Assembly: GCA_963664405.1 (NCBI GenBank)
Contig: OY761158.1
Span: 352,001-416,000 of the forward strand
Length of the DNA stretch: 64,000 nucleotides
Source of the DNA: Thermoanaerobaculia bacterium
Lineage (GTDB): Bacteria > Acidobacteriota > Thermoanaerobaculia > Multivoradales > Multivoraceae
Reading direction: 5' to 3'
Below the pieces are notes generated by a model that saw nothing but the letters and a program-made list of their open reading frames with translations, searched no databases and was not told the DNA's origin. Each line of letters opens with the position of its first letter. Position 1 is the first letter of the stretch. The translations under genes were made by a program, and so were the position numbers. This document shows, piece after piece, positions 1 to 10,905 of this stretch.

Positions 1-870
1 GCGATAGGTCAGCAAAGGGTTGACCCGCGAGGGTACGAAGATGAGGCCTCCGGCGACGACCGGCGACGCCACGACCCGATAGTTGGCTCTGCCGCGAGGG
101 TTGAGTCCGCCGCCGCGCCAGATCTCGCGGCCGGTCGCGGGGTCGTGCCCAGTCACGTAATCGGCGCCGCTGATGACGATCTGTTGCCCCTCGCCGGTCT
201 CCACCACTGCCGGAGTCGTGTAGGCATCGGGCGATTCCATCACCGCGTCGGAAGGCCGCTCGACCCGCCAGCGATTCTTGCCGGTGGCGGCATCCAGAGA
301 AAGAACATAGGAAGGGTCGTCGGTCTTCATGCCGTGAATCACTTGCACGATCAAGGCGTCACCCATGAGCAGCGGCGAAGATGCATATCCCCACTGGATC
401 CCGATCGGCCCGTACTCCTCCGGAAGATTCCGCGTCCACAGCTCCTCTCCCCTGAAGTCGAAGGACTTCACCAAGCCGGTCCCCGTCACCACCCAGACGC
501 TCTCGCCGTCGGTGACCGGAGACGGCGAGGACATGTTCTGCTTTCGCATCATGTGATTGCGATCGCCGAGCTGGCGGCGCCACAAGATCTCGCCAGTGCC
601 GCTATCGATCGCCCAGAGAAAAAGCTCCTCCCCCTGCCCAACGTTGAGAAAGAGGTGGCGCCCCCAGATGATGGGTGTCGACCCGGACAAGGCCGGCAGC
701 TCGAGCTTCCACGACACGTTCTCGCCTTCCGACCAAGAGGTCGGCAAGCCGGTCTCGCCGCTCGCTCCGGTGGCCTTCGGGCCGCGCCAGTGGGGCCAGT
801 TCTCAGCTGCCACGTCAAAAGCTCCGAACAACACGAGCAACACGACGCAAGCCGCCGTTCGAAGGCTCAC
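1..870 (-). CDS. PQQ-binding-like beta-propeller protein (BamB-like), runs off the window start
   Basis: Manual translation from GTG at 870 (GTGA overlap with the upstream stop): [31 protein letters not shown]...[17 protein letters not shown]. Signal peptide plus WPxWRGP motif; paralog of 17800-19173. Missing from the ORF track because it lacks a stop in the window. Confidence 0.85.
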   Translation of the reverse strand, partial: MSLRTAACVVLLVLFGAFDVAAENWPHWRGPKATGASGETGLPTSWSEGENVSWKLELPALSGSTPIIWGRHLFLNVGQGEELFLWAIDSGTGEILWRRQLGDRNHMMRKQNMSSPSPVTDGESVWVVTGTGLVKSFDFRGEELWTRNLPEEYGPIGIQWGYASSPLLMGDALIVQVIHGMKTDDPSYVLSLDAATGKNRWRVERPSDAVMESPDAYTTPAVVETGEGQQIVISGADYVTGHDPATGREIWRGGGLNPRGRANYRVVASPVVAGGLIFVPSRVNPLLTYR

Positions 871-3764
871 TGGCTCTCCTCCTCCTTCGATGCCAGGTGC
901 TCGGGCAGGAGCACTACTTCGACGTAGTTCTTTTCGTCGAGCCACTTACGCGCCGAAGCTCTGATCTTCTTGGCGCTGAGCCCTTGGATCCAGGTCTCCA
1001 AGTCGAGAATCTGCTCTACATCCTCACCGTGATAATCGTAAAAACGAAGCGTCCTCAACCAGAAGCCGTTGCGCTTGACGTCGGTCTCTCGCCGGCGTCG
1101 CTGGGTCTCCTGGATCTTGCTCACCAACTCGTCTTCTACCCGCTTCTTCTTGAGCACCCGGATCTCGGAAAAAACGCGCGCCACCAGCTCGTCGACGCGA
1201 TCGGGCGCGCAGCCGAAGCTGACCATGAAGCGGTAAGACTCGCGAGGATAGTGGCTGGTACTCGGGAATGCGCTCACTCCGTAGGTTCCGCCGAGCTCCT
1301 CGCGGAGGGCGTCGCGTAGGCGCATGCTCAACGCCTGCGCCATCGACGCCATCAGATAGCGACTCTCTCGACCCCACTCGAAGTCACCGTTGAAGGTGAT
1401 CCGCACCTGGCTCTTGTCCTCGAGCCCTCGATACACCCTCTCGCGCACAACTCCGCGCGGCGCTCTCACACCAACATCGCGGTAGGTCTCCTCTCGGCCG
1501 GCAGCCGGAAGATTGCCGAGATAGCTCCGAACCAGCGGCTCGATCGTCGCCAGATCGAAAGCGCCAACAAAGAAGAAGGCAGCATCGCCCAGGTCGGCGA
1601 AACGCTCTCGGTAGATCGCCATTGAGCGATCGAGATCCATCTCTTCGAGCAGTTCTGTGGTGAACGGACGGCGTCGAGTATGCCCTTGGCTCAGAATCGA
1701 CCGTAGACGGTCGCCGAATAGGGTCTCGGGTCGTGCCTCGCGGTTCTCCACCGCAGCCTCGAGACGTGACAGGTACGAAGAGAAGGCCATCTCGTCTCGG
1801 CGGGGCTCGGTGGCATAGAGATAGATCAGCTGAAAGAGGGTCTCGAGGTCCTCTGGCGAGCCACCCCCCGAGATTCCCTCCTCGAGCTCCGAGATGTAAG
1901 ACGAAACCTGCACCACCTTCCCCGACAACTTCTTGCCGAGCTCGATGAGGTCGAAGTCGCCGACACCCGCTAACCCGGCCACTCCGTCGGCCGTCATCGC
2001 CGCCACCCAGTCTTCGTCGGCGACCAGAGAATGCCCCCCTGGACTGTAGGAAGTGAAGCTGACTTCGTCGTTCTTGAAGTCGGTTGGCTTCAGGAAGACG
2101 CGGACTCCGTTTGCGAGCTTCCACTGATGAACCCCCAGGCTCTCGATCTCGACGCGCTCGACGATCGCCACCTCGGGAAGCTCGGCCGACAACAGCGGCG
2201 CCTCGGAGACATGATCGTTCCATGGCGCAATGTCGGCAGCCTCGACGCGGCGGAACACGGCGAGCAGCTCCTCTTCCGTGGGCGGCGAGTCGGTGGCGCT
2301 CTCGGGTGCCGACACCAGAATCACGCGATTACTCTCGCCCAGAAACTGTGAGGCAAGGGTATTGACCTCCTCGACCCCGATGCCCGGAAGCATCTCTTCG
2401 GCGAGCGCGCGCTCGTAAGCGATGCCTGGAGTGCTCTCGCCGTCGAGAAAGACGCGAATGTACTCGGAAGCGTAGGAGCGCGACTCAGTTTTGTCTCGCT
2501 CGTTGAAGGCACGCTCGTAGGAGCGCAACAGGGAGACCCGCTGGCGCTCCAGCTCGCTGTGGAGAAACCCGTGGCGTCGTACTCGCTCCGCCTCCGTGAG
2601 CACGGCTTCGAGTCCACGGTCCAGTCCGCCTTCGCGGACTCCGGCACCCAGCGTATTCATGTCCTTGGTGCGGGCGAAAGAACCACCCCCGACAGAAGCG
2701 CCGAGGTAAGGTGGGTCCGCCTCTTGGGATCGCTCCGCCAGCCGCGCATTGAGCATGCTGTAGTAGAGCGACTCGACAAACGAGCGTCGGTAGTCACCAA
2801 CGGTCCCCTGGGGAGCCTTTTCGCGCTTGAAAGCGACGCTCACCGAGGTCCGGGTGAGCTCCGGATCCGTGGCAATCGAGATCAGGGTCTCATCGTGATC
2901 AGGCACCTCGGCCTCTTCTCGCGGGCGGGGGTTCTCGGGACCGCGAAGCGCTCCGAAGGTCGAGCGAACTAGAGACTCCAACTTTGAGGTCTCGACATCG
3001 CCAACCGCCACAACCGCCATCAGCTCGGGGCGGTACCACTCACGGTAGAAACGGCGTAGCTCTTCGTGGGGAAAGCCCTCGAGCACCTCTTTGGTGCCGA
3101 TCGGGAGCCTCTCCGCATAACGCGAGCCCTTGAACAGAACCGGGTACTGCTGGTCTTGAATGCGCTGGGCGGCACCACGGCGACCGCGCCACTCCTCGAT
3201 CACCACGCCTCGCTCCGCGTCTATCTCCTCACCATCGAGTCTGAGGCCCTGCGCCCAATCGCCGAGGATCTCAAAACCCTTGGCGAGGGTGGACTCCTCA
3301 TCGGTCGGCACCTGCAGGATGTAAACGGTCTGATCGAATGAAGTGTAGGCATTGAGGTCGGCGCCGAAACGCATGCCGATGGACTCGAGGTAATTCACCA
3401 GATCCTGCTTGGCGAAGTGAGTGGTCCCGTTGAAGGCCATGTGCTCGACGAAGTGCGCGAGCCCCTGCTGACTCTCGTCTTCGAGAATGGAGCCCACGTT
3501 GAGTACGAGCCGAAGCTCGAGCCTCTTCTCCGGTTTGGGATTCTCACGGAGGTAGTAGCGCAAACCGTTGTCGAGTCGACCCGTAACCAGCGCGGAATCG
3601 ACAGGAAGAGGCTTACTGAGCTCTAAAGCTGTGGGACCCTCTGCGACTGCGGCGCCCTGCTGAGCATCTGCAGAGACGCTCAATAGCGCTGCGAGAGCCA
3701 AGGCGAGCGCAAACAGCCTGTTCAGAAGGCGAGTGCTTCCTACGTTGCGATGGGGCATCCCCAA
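867..3764 (-). CDS. M16 family zinc metallopeptidase (PqqL-like insulinase)
   Basis: Inverted zinc motif HFVEH (GLAHFVEHMAFNGT), NAYTSFDQTVY, signal peptide, 965 aa. Confidence 0.93.
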   Translation of the reverse strand: MGMPHRNVGSTRLLNRLFALALALAALLSVSADAQQGAAVAEGPTALELSKPLPVDSALVTGRLDNGLRYYLRENPKPEKRLELRLVLNVGSILEDESQQGLAHFVEHMAFNGTTHFAKQDLVNYLESIGMRFGADLNAYTSFDQTVYILQVPTDEESTLAKGFEILGDWAQGLRLDGEEIDAERGVVIEEWRGRRGAAQRIQDQQYPVLFKGSRYAERLPIGTKEVLEGFPHEELRRFYREWYRPELMAVVAVGDVETSKLESLVRSTFGALRGPENPRPREEAEVPDHDETLISIATDPELTRTSVSVAFKREKAPQGTVGDYRRSFVESLYYSMLNARLAERSQEADPPYLGASVGGGSFARTKDMNTLGAGVREGGLDRGLEAVLTEAERVRRHGFLHSELERQRVSLLRSYERAFNERDKTESRSYASEYIRVFLDGESTPGIAYERALAEEMLPGIGVEEVNTLASQFLGESNRVILVSAPESATDSPPTEEELLAVFRRVEAADIAPWNDHVSEAPLLSAELPEVAIVERVEIESLGVHQWKLANGVRVFLKPTDFKNDEVSFTSYSPGGHSLVADEDWVAAMTADGVAGLAGVGDFDLIELGKKLSGKVVQVSSYISELEEGISGGGSPEDLETLFQLIYLYATEPRRDEMAFSSYLSRLEAAVENREARPETLFGDRLRSILSQGHTRRRPFTTELLEEMDLDRSMAIYRERFADLGDAAFFFVGAFDLATIEPLVRSYLGNLPAAGREETYRDVGVRAPRGVVRERVYRGLEDKSQVRITFNGDFEWGRESRYLMASMAQALSMRLRDALREELGGTYGVSAFPSTSHYPRESYRFMVSFGCAPDRVDELVARVFSEIRVLKKKRVEDELVSKIQETQRRRRETDVKRNGFWLRTLRFYDYHGEDVEQILDLETWIQGLSAKKIRASARKWLDEKNYVEVVLLPEHLASKEEESQ

Positions 3765-3772
3765 CCCCCTTC

Positions 3773-4510
3773 CTACTCGCTCGGCTCGGCGAGCTTACCC
3801 TCGGGGATCACGGCCCGAAGCGCCTCGGCCGCCTTATCGATGCACTCCTGGTCGGTACCGTCGACCGTCAACATGACTCGATAGTCGGTGCGGTCGGACA
3901 CGGGGTAGCTGCCGATCGAGACTTGGTCGTGGAGCGCTGCGATTCGAGCCAGCGGTCTCGCCAGCTCACCCTCATCGCACAGGGTATAGACCGCCCTGCT
4001 ACGAAACGGCCTCTCGCTTCCCCGCAGCTCATCGACCAGCCCAGGAAGCTTCATCCGGAAAACCTTGGGCAGCCCCGGAAGAACGAAAACGTTCTCCATC
4101 ACCACGGTCGGCCAGCGCACGTCCTCCGAGCGCATCAAGGTCGCCCCCTCGGGGATGTCCGCCATCAACAGATGGCCATCGGAGCAACGGTCACCCAGGA
4201 GCCCACGAATCAGCTCCGCCAGCTCCGTACTGCGGACCAGCTTTTTCCCGAACGCCTTCGCTACTGCCACGTGTGTCACATCGTCGTGAGTGGGGCCGAC
4301 GCCGCCGGTGGTAAAGACCACGTCATGGCTCGCCCGCAGCGCGTTGAGGTCGGCCACGATGACGTCGACTTCGTCGCGACAGATCACCACTCTCTCGAGT
4401 GAGATCCCGAGATCGAAGAGCTCGGTGGCGAGATCCCGCACATTCGTCTCCTGGATCTTTCCAGTGAGGATCTCGTTGCCAATTATCAAGGCCGCCGCGG
4501 TACGCGCCAT
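3773..4510 (-). CDS. CinA-like molybdopterin-binding domain protein
   Basis: IIGNEILTGKIQETN, TTGGVGPTHDDVT and LPGLP motifs. Confidence 0.88.
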   Translation of the reverse strand: MARTAAALIIGNEILTGKIQETNVRDLATELFDLGISLERVVICRDEVDVIVADLNALRASHDVVFTTGGVGPTHDDVTHVAVAKAFGKKLVRSTELAELIRGLLGDRCSDGHLLMADIPEGATLMRSEDVRWPTVVMENVFVLPGLPKVFRMKLPGLVDELRGSERPFRSRAVYTLCDEGELARPLARIAALHDQVSIGSYPVSDRTDYRVMLTVDGTDQECIDKAAEALRAVIPEGKLAEPSE

Positions 4511-4580
4511 CCCGCCGATAATAGCGTAGTGGGAGCCACCGGCTTAACTGGAGTAGAATAGCCGGCGAGGAAAAGAGAAA

Positions 4581-5198
4581 ATGACGATTACGATCACCCC
4601 CAGCGCAAAAGAACAGATTCTCACTTCAATCGGCGAAGAGAAGCGCAGCGAGGAGCTCGGCTTGCGCATCGCCATTGTGGGCCGGGGCCCTGGAGGCTTC
4701 CAGTACTCCCTAGACTTGGTGGGCCCGAGCGAGAGGGTCGAAGGGGACATCACGATCGACCTCGGGGACCTCAGCGTCTACATCGACAAGAAGAGTGCTC
4801 CCAAGCTCGAGGGCACAACCATCGACTTCGTATCCCGTCTGCAGGAGAGCGGATTCAAGTTCGACAACCCGAACTCGGTGTGGGGCGACGAAAAGGCGCA
4901 GGCGGTGCAACAGGTCATCGACGCGAAGATCAACCCATCGATCGCCTCCCACGGCGGTTTCGTCACCTTGCTCGACGTCAAGGAAGACATCGCTTACATA
5001 TCCTTCGGTGGCGGCTGCCAGGGCTGCGGCATGGTCGACGTAACCCTGAAGCAGGGCGTCAGCGTGATGATCAAAGAGGCGGTGCCGGACCTCGCCGAGG
5101 TTCTCGATACGACGGATCATGCTGCGGGGGCCAACCCCTACTACGATGGGCCGCCCCCGGACGGCACGTCTCCTGTAGCCGAGAGCCCTAGCGGCTAA
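4581..5198 (+). CDS. nfuA: Fe-S cluster biogenesis protein NfuA-like
   Basis: Degenerate A-type carrier N-domain (FKFDNPN) plus NifU-C domain INPSIASHGG...GGCQGC. Confidence 0.85.
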   Translation: MTITITPSAKEQILTSIGEEKRSEELGLRIAIVGRGPGGFQYSLDLVGPSERVEGDITIDLGDLSVYIDKKSAPKLEGTTIDFVSRLQESGFKFDNPNSVWGDEKAQAVQQVIDAKINPSIASHGGFVTLLDVKEDIAYISFGGGCQGCGMVDVTLKQGVSVMIKEAVPDLAEVLDTTDHAAGANPYYDGPPPDGTSPVAESPSG

Positions 5199-5221
5199 GC
5201 GAGGCCTTCGTAAACGGGCCG

Positions 5222-6115
5222 ATGGCGCGCGTCCTGATCGCCGGCTGCGGCTACGTCGGGACTGAGCTAGGTCTACGCCTCGTCGACCGCGGCCACGCTG
5301 TGTGGGCAGTGCGGCAACGTGCGTCCCTGCTACCGCCGGAGCTCCACCCTCATTCCGCCGATCTGACGGATCCCGACGCCGTCGCCAAGCTCCCCTTCCC
5401 TTTCGACTTCGTCGTTTTCGCCGCCGCCCCCGCGGCCGGCACCGAGGAGGCCTACGAACAGGCGTACATTCACGCCCTGAGCAGGGTCCTCGAGGCCGCG
5501 AGCAACGGGCGGCCCCCAAAGCGGGTGCTTCTCACTTCCAGCACCAGCGTTTATGCACAAAGCGACGGCGGGTGGGTCGACGAGAGCTCACCGACCCACC
5601 CTTCGAGCTTCAGGGGCACCATCGTATTGCAGGCCGAAGAGATCCTCCGCCAGTCGGGAAGCTCTTTTTCCATTCTGCGGCTCGGTGGCATTTACGGACC
5701 GGAGCGCACCAGCCTACTCGACCGCGTCTTGGCAGGGGAGGCTGTTTTGACGCCTGGCTCGTCGAAGTACACGAATCGGATCCATCGCGACGATGCAGCA
5801 TCAGCCCTCCTCCACCTCCTGGAGCTGGACCCATGCGCAGAGGTCTACGTTGGCGTGGACGAAGAGCCGGCAAGGCTCGACGAAGTTCTGCAGTGGGTCG
5901 CCGCGCGTACCGGATCGCACCTCCTGGAAGGCAACTACCCCGGTCCCGAGTCGCCGCCGAACCACGCTTCCCGCGGTCTCAACAAACGCTGCTCCAGCGC
6001 ACTACTTCGCGCCAGCGGTTTTCAATTCCTGTATCCCAGCTATCGACAGGGATACTCAGACCTCCTAGCTCGGGAGCTGCCCGAGCTCGGAGACTTGACC
6101 CTGGAATCGCCATGA
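5222..6115 (+). CDS. NAD-dependent epimerase/SDR (YeeZ-like)
   Basis: IAGCGYVG Rossmann motif, TSSTSVY, LRLGGIYGP, NRIHRDD. Confidence 0.88.
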   Translation: MARVLIAGCGYVGTELGLRLVDRGHAVWAVRQRASLLPPELHPHSADLTDPDAVAKLPFPFDFVVFAAAPAAGTEEAYEQAYIHALSRVLEAASNGRPPKRVLLTSSTSVYAQSDGGWVDESSPTHPSSFRGTIVLQAEEILRQSGSSFSILRLGGIYGPERTSLLDRVLAGEAVLTPGSSKYTNRIHRDDAASALLHLLELDPCAEVYVGVDEEPARLDEVLQWVAARTGSHLLEGNYPGPESPPNHASRGLNKRCSSALLRASGFQFLYPSYRQGYSDLLARELPELGDLTLESP

Positions 6116-6921
6116 CCGACCCCATCCTCGATTTGGACGCATATCTGGGCCGGATCAGGCTCAGCGCTACACTGGGAGTGAACGAGGATCGTCTGGAGGC
6201 GCTCCACCGCGCGCAGGTCTACACCATCCCTTTCGAGAATTTCGACATCCTGCTTGGCCGAGGCATCGCACTCGAGCCTGAGGCCCTGGTAGACAAGCTG
6301 GTCCATCACCGGCGCGGCGGCTACTGTTTCGAGCTCAACGCCCTCTTGCGACTTGCTCTCGAAGCGAGCGGCTTCGAAGTACGCCGCCTGCTCGCTCGCG
6401 TCCATATGGGACGAGGGCCCAGCGCCCGGACCCACCAACTCGGCCTGGTAACTCTAGGCTCGCGCGAGTGGATCGTCGACGTAGGCTTCGGCAGAGGGAG
6501 CCTGCGCGCGCCCATGCCCTTCGAGCTTGGCAGGGAGTCGTTGCAAGACGGCGTGCCCTACCGGATCATTGACGCGGCGAAGTGGGGCTTCATGCTGCAA
6601 AGTCAGGAGGAAGGAGAGTGGCAGGATCTGTACAGCTTCGAGCTCGCAACAGTCACCGACGCCGACATCGCATGCGGCAACCACTACACCTCCACCCATC
6701 CCGAGTCCTTCTTTACCCAGCTCAAGACGGCATCCCTGGCCAAGCCTGACGGCCGGGTCTCCCTCCTCGACTTCAGCCTACAAACGGTGTCGGCAGGCCA
6801 CTCAGAGACCCAGCAACTGGCTCCCGACGAGAGCTTTCTCGCGGCGCTCGAGACTCACTTCGGCATCGAGCTTGGAGTGTCATACGATGCAATCCAGCCG
6901 CTGCACCAGCGAGAAAGTTGA
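6112..6921 (+). CDS. Arylamine N-acetyltransferase
   Basis: ATG at 6112 overlaps the previous stop (ATGA); IPFENFD, RGGYCFELN (catalytic Cys), THQ, VDVGFG triad. Confidence 0.92.
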   Translation: MTDPILDLDAYLGRIRLSATLGVNEDRLEALHRAQVYTIPFENFDILLGRGIALEPEALVDKLVHHRRGGYCFELNALLRLALEASGFEVRRLLARVHMGRGPSARTHQLGLVTLGSREWIVDVGFGRGSLRAPMPFELGRESLQDGVPYRIIDAAKWGFMLQSQEEGEWQDLYSFELATVTDADIACGNHYTSTHPESFFTQLKTASLAKPDGRVSLLDFSLQTVSAGHSETQQLAPDESFLAALETHFGIELGVSYDAIQPLHQRES

Positions 6922-6931
6922 GGGAACCAGC

Positions 6932-7302
6932 TTGGAGTTCTACTTTCGAGGCGTGAATCGCGAGGTGCTCGTTCTGTCGGCCGACGGCGGCCTGGGCTCG
7001 GATACTGCCGCTCACTTCGTCGACGAGCTCAAGGAGCTGATTCGAGGCGGCGCCACCAAGCTACTGGAGGAGGAAGCGCCATCGACTGCACCCAACTCAC
7101 CCACATTTCGAGTCTCGGCCTCGGCATTCTGGTCCGGCTCCACCACACCATGGCAAAACAAGGTGGCGACGTGAAGCTGGCCGCAGTGCGAAGCCTGGTC
7201 GTCGACCTCCTCGGCCACCTCAATCTCGACCGCCTCTTCGAGATCTATCCCGACGTCGACTCGGCCATGGAGGCCTTCGACTCCGAACGGGAGAGCACCT
7301 AG
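6932..7302 (+). pseudogene. STAS-domain anti-sigma factor antagonist, frameshifted by a 14-nt insertion
   Basis: Frame 1 reads LEFYFRGVNREVLVLSADGGL...GATKLL; frame 2 reads IDCTQLTHISSLGLGILVRLH...KLAAV...FEIYPDVDSAMEAF*. Deleting 7067-7080 (gaggaggaagcgcc) joins them in frame. Confidence 0.8.
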
Positions 7303-7463
7303 ACCAGCGTTTCCAAAGTTCGCGCACACATCTCGGCCCCTTCTGCCCGCTGGCGGCGTTGCGCCTCCTCGACATATTGCCCAATATGCCTGCGTCGCCG
7401 CGCCTGGCCAGCGAACAGAATGACCTCGAGCTGTGTGCACGAACTTTGGAAACGCTGGTCTAG
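7299..7463 (-). repeat. CTAG-bounded palindromic element E1 (arm type A, conserved hairpin core)
   Basis: Arms ctagaccagcgtttccaaagttcg / cgaactttggaaacgctggtctag; core catattg-cc-caatatg at 7373-7388. Confidence 0.9.
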
Positions 7464-7523
7464 TTCGGCTCTGCTGCTAACCTAGGCTTTGGCTGTAACC
7501 ATCTCGACTGGAGGTATTGCCGA

Positions 7524-8048
7524 ATGAAGAAGGTTCTAAGCATCGCAATCGCCTTGTCTCTGTGGGCAGCTATCGGAATCGCAGCCGACGAGAAGGCTCT
7601 CATCGCCGACGCTCTCAGCGCCGCGCCGCCAGCGATCACCGACGGCGCAACGGTCAAAGACGGCGATGGCAACGTGCTCAAGAAGGGCTCGAACGGATGG
7701 ACCTGCTACCCAGGAAACAAGGCCATCGGACCGATGTGTAACCAGGCTCAGTGGGACGCCGTGCTCGCCGCTCTCGGCGAGAAGAAGGATCCCCAGGTCA
7801 AGGAGCTCAGCATCTCCTACATGCTCGCGGGCGAGGGCGAGGCGATCGGGGTGAGCAACTCCGACCCCTATGCGTCAGATCCCCACGCCCACGGCGACTT
7901 CGTCAAGGAAGGCCCTCACCTGATGATCGTGGTGCCTGACAAAGCAGCACTGAAGGGCCTGTCGACTGACCCCAACGACCCAGTCTACGTCATGTGGGGC
8001 GACACGCCCTATGCCCACATCATGGTGAAAATCGCTCCAGCCGAGTAG
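7524..8048 (+). CDS. Secreted hypothetical protein
   Basis: Signal peptide, RBS ggagg upstream, ALSAAP...GWTC...PMC...GPHLMI...YAHIMV pattern, typical codon usage. Confidence 0.75.
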   Translation: MKKVLSIAIALSLWAAIGIAADEKALIADALSAAPPAITDGATVKDGDGNVLKKGSNGWTCYPGNKAIGPMCNQAQWDAVLAALGEKKDPQVKELSISYMLAGEGEAIGVSNSDPYASDPHAHGDFVKEGPHLMIVVPDKAALKGLSTDPNDPVYVMWGDTPYAHIMVKIAPAE

Positions 8049-8125
8049 ACCCTGGACCGAGCCGAAGATACACGAAGCTTCGATCGACCCATCCGGGCGC
8101 GGGCGCCCGGGTGGGCTCGCTCGCG

Positions 8126-9028
8126 TTACTGCGAGGCGCGCTCTTTGATGCGCCGTCCGAGCTCCCTGAGCTCGGCCGTGTCCTCCTCGGATGCCGACCG
8201 CCAGTGCACCTCGCGGCCGGCAAGGAGGCGGTCGAGGCGCCGCCACAGCTCGGTATTCTTGATCTCGCCCCCGTCCTTGGTGCGCCATCCTCTCGTCTTC
8301 CAGGCCGACATCCAAACCGAGGCGCCCTTGCGCAAGTAGTCCGAGCCGCCACGCACCAGAAGGGAGGAGTCCCTCGGCACGGCGGTGAGAATCTGCGCAG
8401 CCGCGACCAGCTCGAGCTGGTTCGCGGTCACTCCACTCATCCCTCCGCCCAAGACTTCCTCGGCCTTCTTCTCACGCAATCTCGCGGCCCACCCGCCCCA
8501 GCCTTTACGACAGGTGACCTTGAGAAGGACCTCAACGTCGACGTCGGTCTCGAGCTCGTCGACCTCGACGAAAGTCGCGGCTTCGCCCCTGATCTTTGCG
8601 ATCTCGGCGGTGGCCAGAGTGTCCGCTCGCTCGTTGTGCTCATGTCCGGAGTGCCCCTTGACCCAGCGCCAGTCGATCTCGTGTCGAAAGCTCGCCGCTG
8701 CGAGGCGCCGCCAGAGGTCGGCGTTCTTGACCGGCTCGCCATCACGCCGCCTCCAACCTGCGGCCTGCCACCCGGGCAGCCACTCGCTGATTCCACGACG
8801 CACGTAAGTGGAATCCGTGAAGATCTCCACATCGCAGCTGTCGTTCAGCGCCTCCAACGCCTCGATTGCGGCCATGAGCTCCATGCGGTTATTCGTCGTT
8901 TTGAGCGCGCCGCCGGAGATCTCTCGACTCTCGCCGGCGACGCTGTGAAGTAGAACCGCCGCCCAGCCGCCCGCCCCCGGATTGGGGACCGCGCCTCCAT
9001 CGGTGTAGATCACCACTCTTGCAGCCAT
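8126..9028 (-). CDS. rnhA: Ribonuclease HI with a second, degenerate RNase H domain
   Basis: [37 protein letters not shown]; the second half repeats GGWAA...NQLEL...DYLRKG...W...[16 protein letters not shown]. Start taken at ATG 9028. Confidence 0.88.
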   Translation of the reverse strand: MAARVVIYTDGGAVPNPGAGGWAAVLLHSVAGESREISGGALKTTNNRMELMAAIEALEALNDSCDVEIFTDSTYVRRGISEWLPGWQAAGWRRRDGEPVKNADLWRRLAAASFRHEIDWRWVKGHSGHEHNERADTLATAEIAKIRGEAATFVEVDELETDVDVEVLLKVTCRKGWGGWAARLREKKAEEVLGGGMSGVTANQLELVAAAQILTAVPRDSSLLVRGGSDYLRKGASVWMSAWKTRGWRTKDGGEIKNTELWRRLDRLLAGREVHWRSASEEDTAELRELGRRIKERASQ

Positions 9029-9144
9029 CGGGGCGAGAGTAGCCGAAACGGGCCTTCCGACCAAGACCTGTTTGGCCCTCGGCTCGATCCGACGTAACAT
9101 CACTCGGCGACGCCGCCTCCGGCCCAGTGGGAGAATGGAAACCG

Positions 9145-10815
9145 ATGTCCCGAACAAGACTCGCTTGGCGAATACCCCTGCTCCTTCTGGCCGCCCTCGG
9201 CTGTCAGAAGAGCCCTGAACCGCCGCCCTCGCTGCCTGTGGTGCAGAGCGGACCTCGTCTCCTTCTTCTTGTCGCTGTCGATCAGCTCGCCTTCGAATAC
9301 CTCGGTCGCTTCGACCCCTTCTTCGAGGGAGGGTTGCGACAGCTCATGGATCAGGGTGTCCTTTTCGAGAACGCGAACTACGACCATGCGCTCACAGCCA
9401 CGGCAGCGGGGCACACGGCGATGGCCAGTGGCCTCCATCCCGCGAGCTCCGGCATCATCGGCAACGAGTGGTACGACCGTGGCCTGAGGTCGAGCCTCTA
9501 CAGCTTCGAAGGTCGCGAGCATCTGCGCTCGCCCCAGAATCTGAATGGCACCGGGCTGGCGGACTGGCTCAAAGAGCTCGACCCTCGCTCGAAAGCCTTC
9601 ACCGCGAGTGCCAAGGACCGTTCTGCGATCGCCATGGGCGGCCACGCCGCCGATGCCGCCTACTGGTTCGACAAAGAGACCGGGGCCTTCATCACCGGGA
9701 GCTACTACACTGACAGGCCCCCAGAGTGGGTCGAAGACTTCAACCGCAGCCGTCTCACCGACCGCATCTTCGGCGACCCCTGGGAACCGCTCCCGCTCAC
9801 CGACGAGGAGCTCGACCAGCTCGGAATCGTCGAGATCGATGAGGGGCTCTTTCCTCGACGCTTCCCTCACTCCATCGGCAACCAGAGCGTTGCCCCCGGT
9901 GGCTCGTTTTACCAAGGCATCTACGCCTCGCCTTTCGTCGACACTCATCTGCTCGAATTCGCCGAAGCCCTGGTCGACGCAGAGCAGCTGGGCCAGAGAG
10001 AGCATCTCGACTTCCTCGCCCTCGGCTTGTCGGCCCTGGACTCTGTCGGGCACAGCTTCGGGCCCCATAGTCGCGAAGCCGCGGATGTAGTCTTGCGACT
10101 CGATCGTAATCTCGGTCGCTTCCTCGAATTTCTCGACGCCCGGATCGGCCTCGAGCGAGTGGTCATCGCTCTCACTGCCGATCACGGCGTGCTGCCCGTG
10201 CCCGAGTACACGAGCTCGCTGGGGCTTCCCGGAGCTCGGATGGGTGCCGAAGATCGCGTCTGCTTCCAACGTGCGGGGCGCGCTATCGCCCAACGCTTCT
10301 TCCTGGAGGACTGGGTGATGTCCGGCTTCTACCTCGATCGAGAGATGATCGAGGGTGCGGGCGCTGACCCCGAGGAGGTCGAGGCCGCACTGGCCAGGGA
10401 GCTCGAGGGCTGCGCCATCGTCGAGCGGGTGTGGACCCGTGCCGAGCTCATGAATACGCGGATGGACGAGCCCGACCGGATGCGTCGTCTCTATCGCCAC
10501 AGCTTCCACGAGGAGCGGAGCCCGGACCTTCTGGTGCAGAAGATTCCCCACGCCATCTCCAGCGGGAGCGTCTTGGCCACCCACGGCTCACCCTACGAAT
10601 ACGACACCCACGTGCCCCTGTTCTTCCTCGTGCCTGGTGTTCCCGGGGGTCGCGTTGCGGAACCCGTCCGTATCGTAGACCTGGCTCCGACCCTGGCAGC
10701 CTTGGTGGGTATTCCCACTCCCGAGCGTCTCGACGGGCGAGAATTGACCAGCCTTCTCGAGGGTACGGCGCAGCAAGCTCCCTTTCTCCCCGCCTACAAA
10801 GAACAACGACGCTGA
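9145..10815 (+). CDS. Alkaline phosphatase superfamily lipoprotein (PafA/NPP-like)
   Basis: Lipobox [15 protein letters not shown] (Thr nucleophile), [25 protein letters not shown]. Confidence 0.88.
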   Translation: MSRTRLAWRIPLLLLAALGCQKSPEPPPSLPVVQSGPRLLLLVAVDQLAFEYLGRFDPFFEGGLRQLMDQGVLFENANYDHALTATAAGHTAMASGLHPASSGIIGNEWYDRGLRSSLYSFEGREHLRSPQNLNGTGLADWLKELDPRSKAFTASAKDRSAIAMGGHAADAAYWFDKETGAFITGSYYTDRPPEWVEDFNRSRLTDRIFGDPWEPLPLTDEELDQLGIVEIDEGLFPRRFPHSIGNQSVAPGGSFYQGIYASPFVDTHLLEFAEALVDAEQLGQREHLDFLALGLSALDSVGHSFGPHSREAADVVLRLDRNLGRFLEFLDARIGLERVVIALTADHGVLPVPEYTSSLGLPGARMGAEDRVCFQRAGRAIAQRFFLEDWVMSGFYLDREMIEGAGADPEEVEAALARELEGCAIVERVWTRAELMNTRMDEPDRMRRLYRHSFHEERSPDLLVQKIPHAISSGSVLATHGSPYEYDTHVPLFFLVPGVPGGRVAEPVRIVDLAPTLAALVGIPTPERLDGRELTSLLEGTAQQAPFLPAYKEQRR

Positions 10816-10905
10816 TGAGGAGCTCGACGTCACCTAGAGTTCTTCGAGACTCCTGATCTCTCCAGGCGAGGTTTCCTCTAAGCCTCACACAGTGTCCAAT
10901 CCGGT

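Noticed and set aside
145-927. Plus-strand 260-aa ORF
   Set aside because: Antisense shadow of the minus-strand PQQ-propeller gene.
5302-6111. N-terminal extension making a 539-aa NAT fusion
   Set aside because: It overlaps the SDR gene in another frame; the NAT starts at ATG 6112.
7012-7440. ORFs containing TQAYWAICRGG-like peptides (also 17271-17654, 17312-17554, 20974-21309)
   Set aside because: These are translations of the repeat core with no consistent start, stop or frame.
9100-10584. Long antisense ORFs (also 16279-17235, 26543-27805, 35872-37146, 46737-48650, 51569-52831, 56415-57698)
   Set aside because: They lie opposite well-supported genes, have no motifs, and are expected in high-GC DNA.
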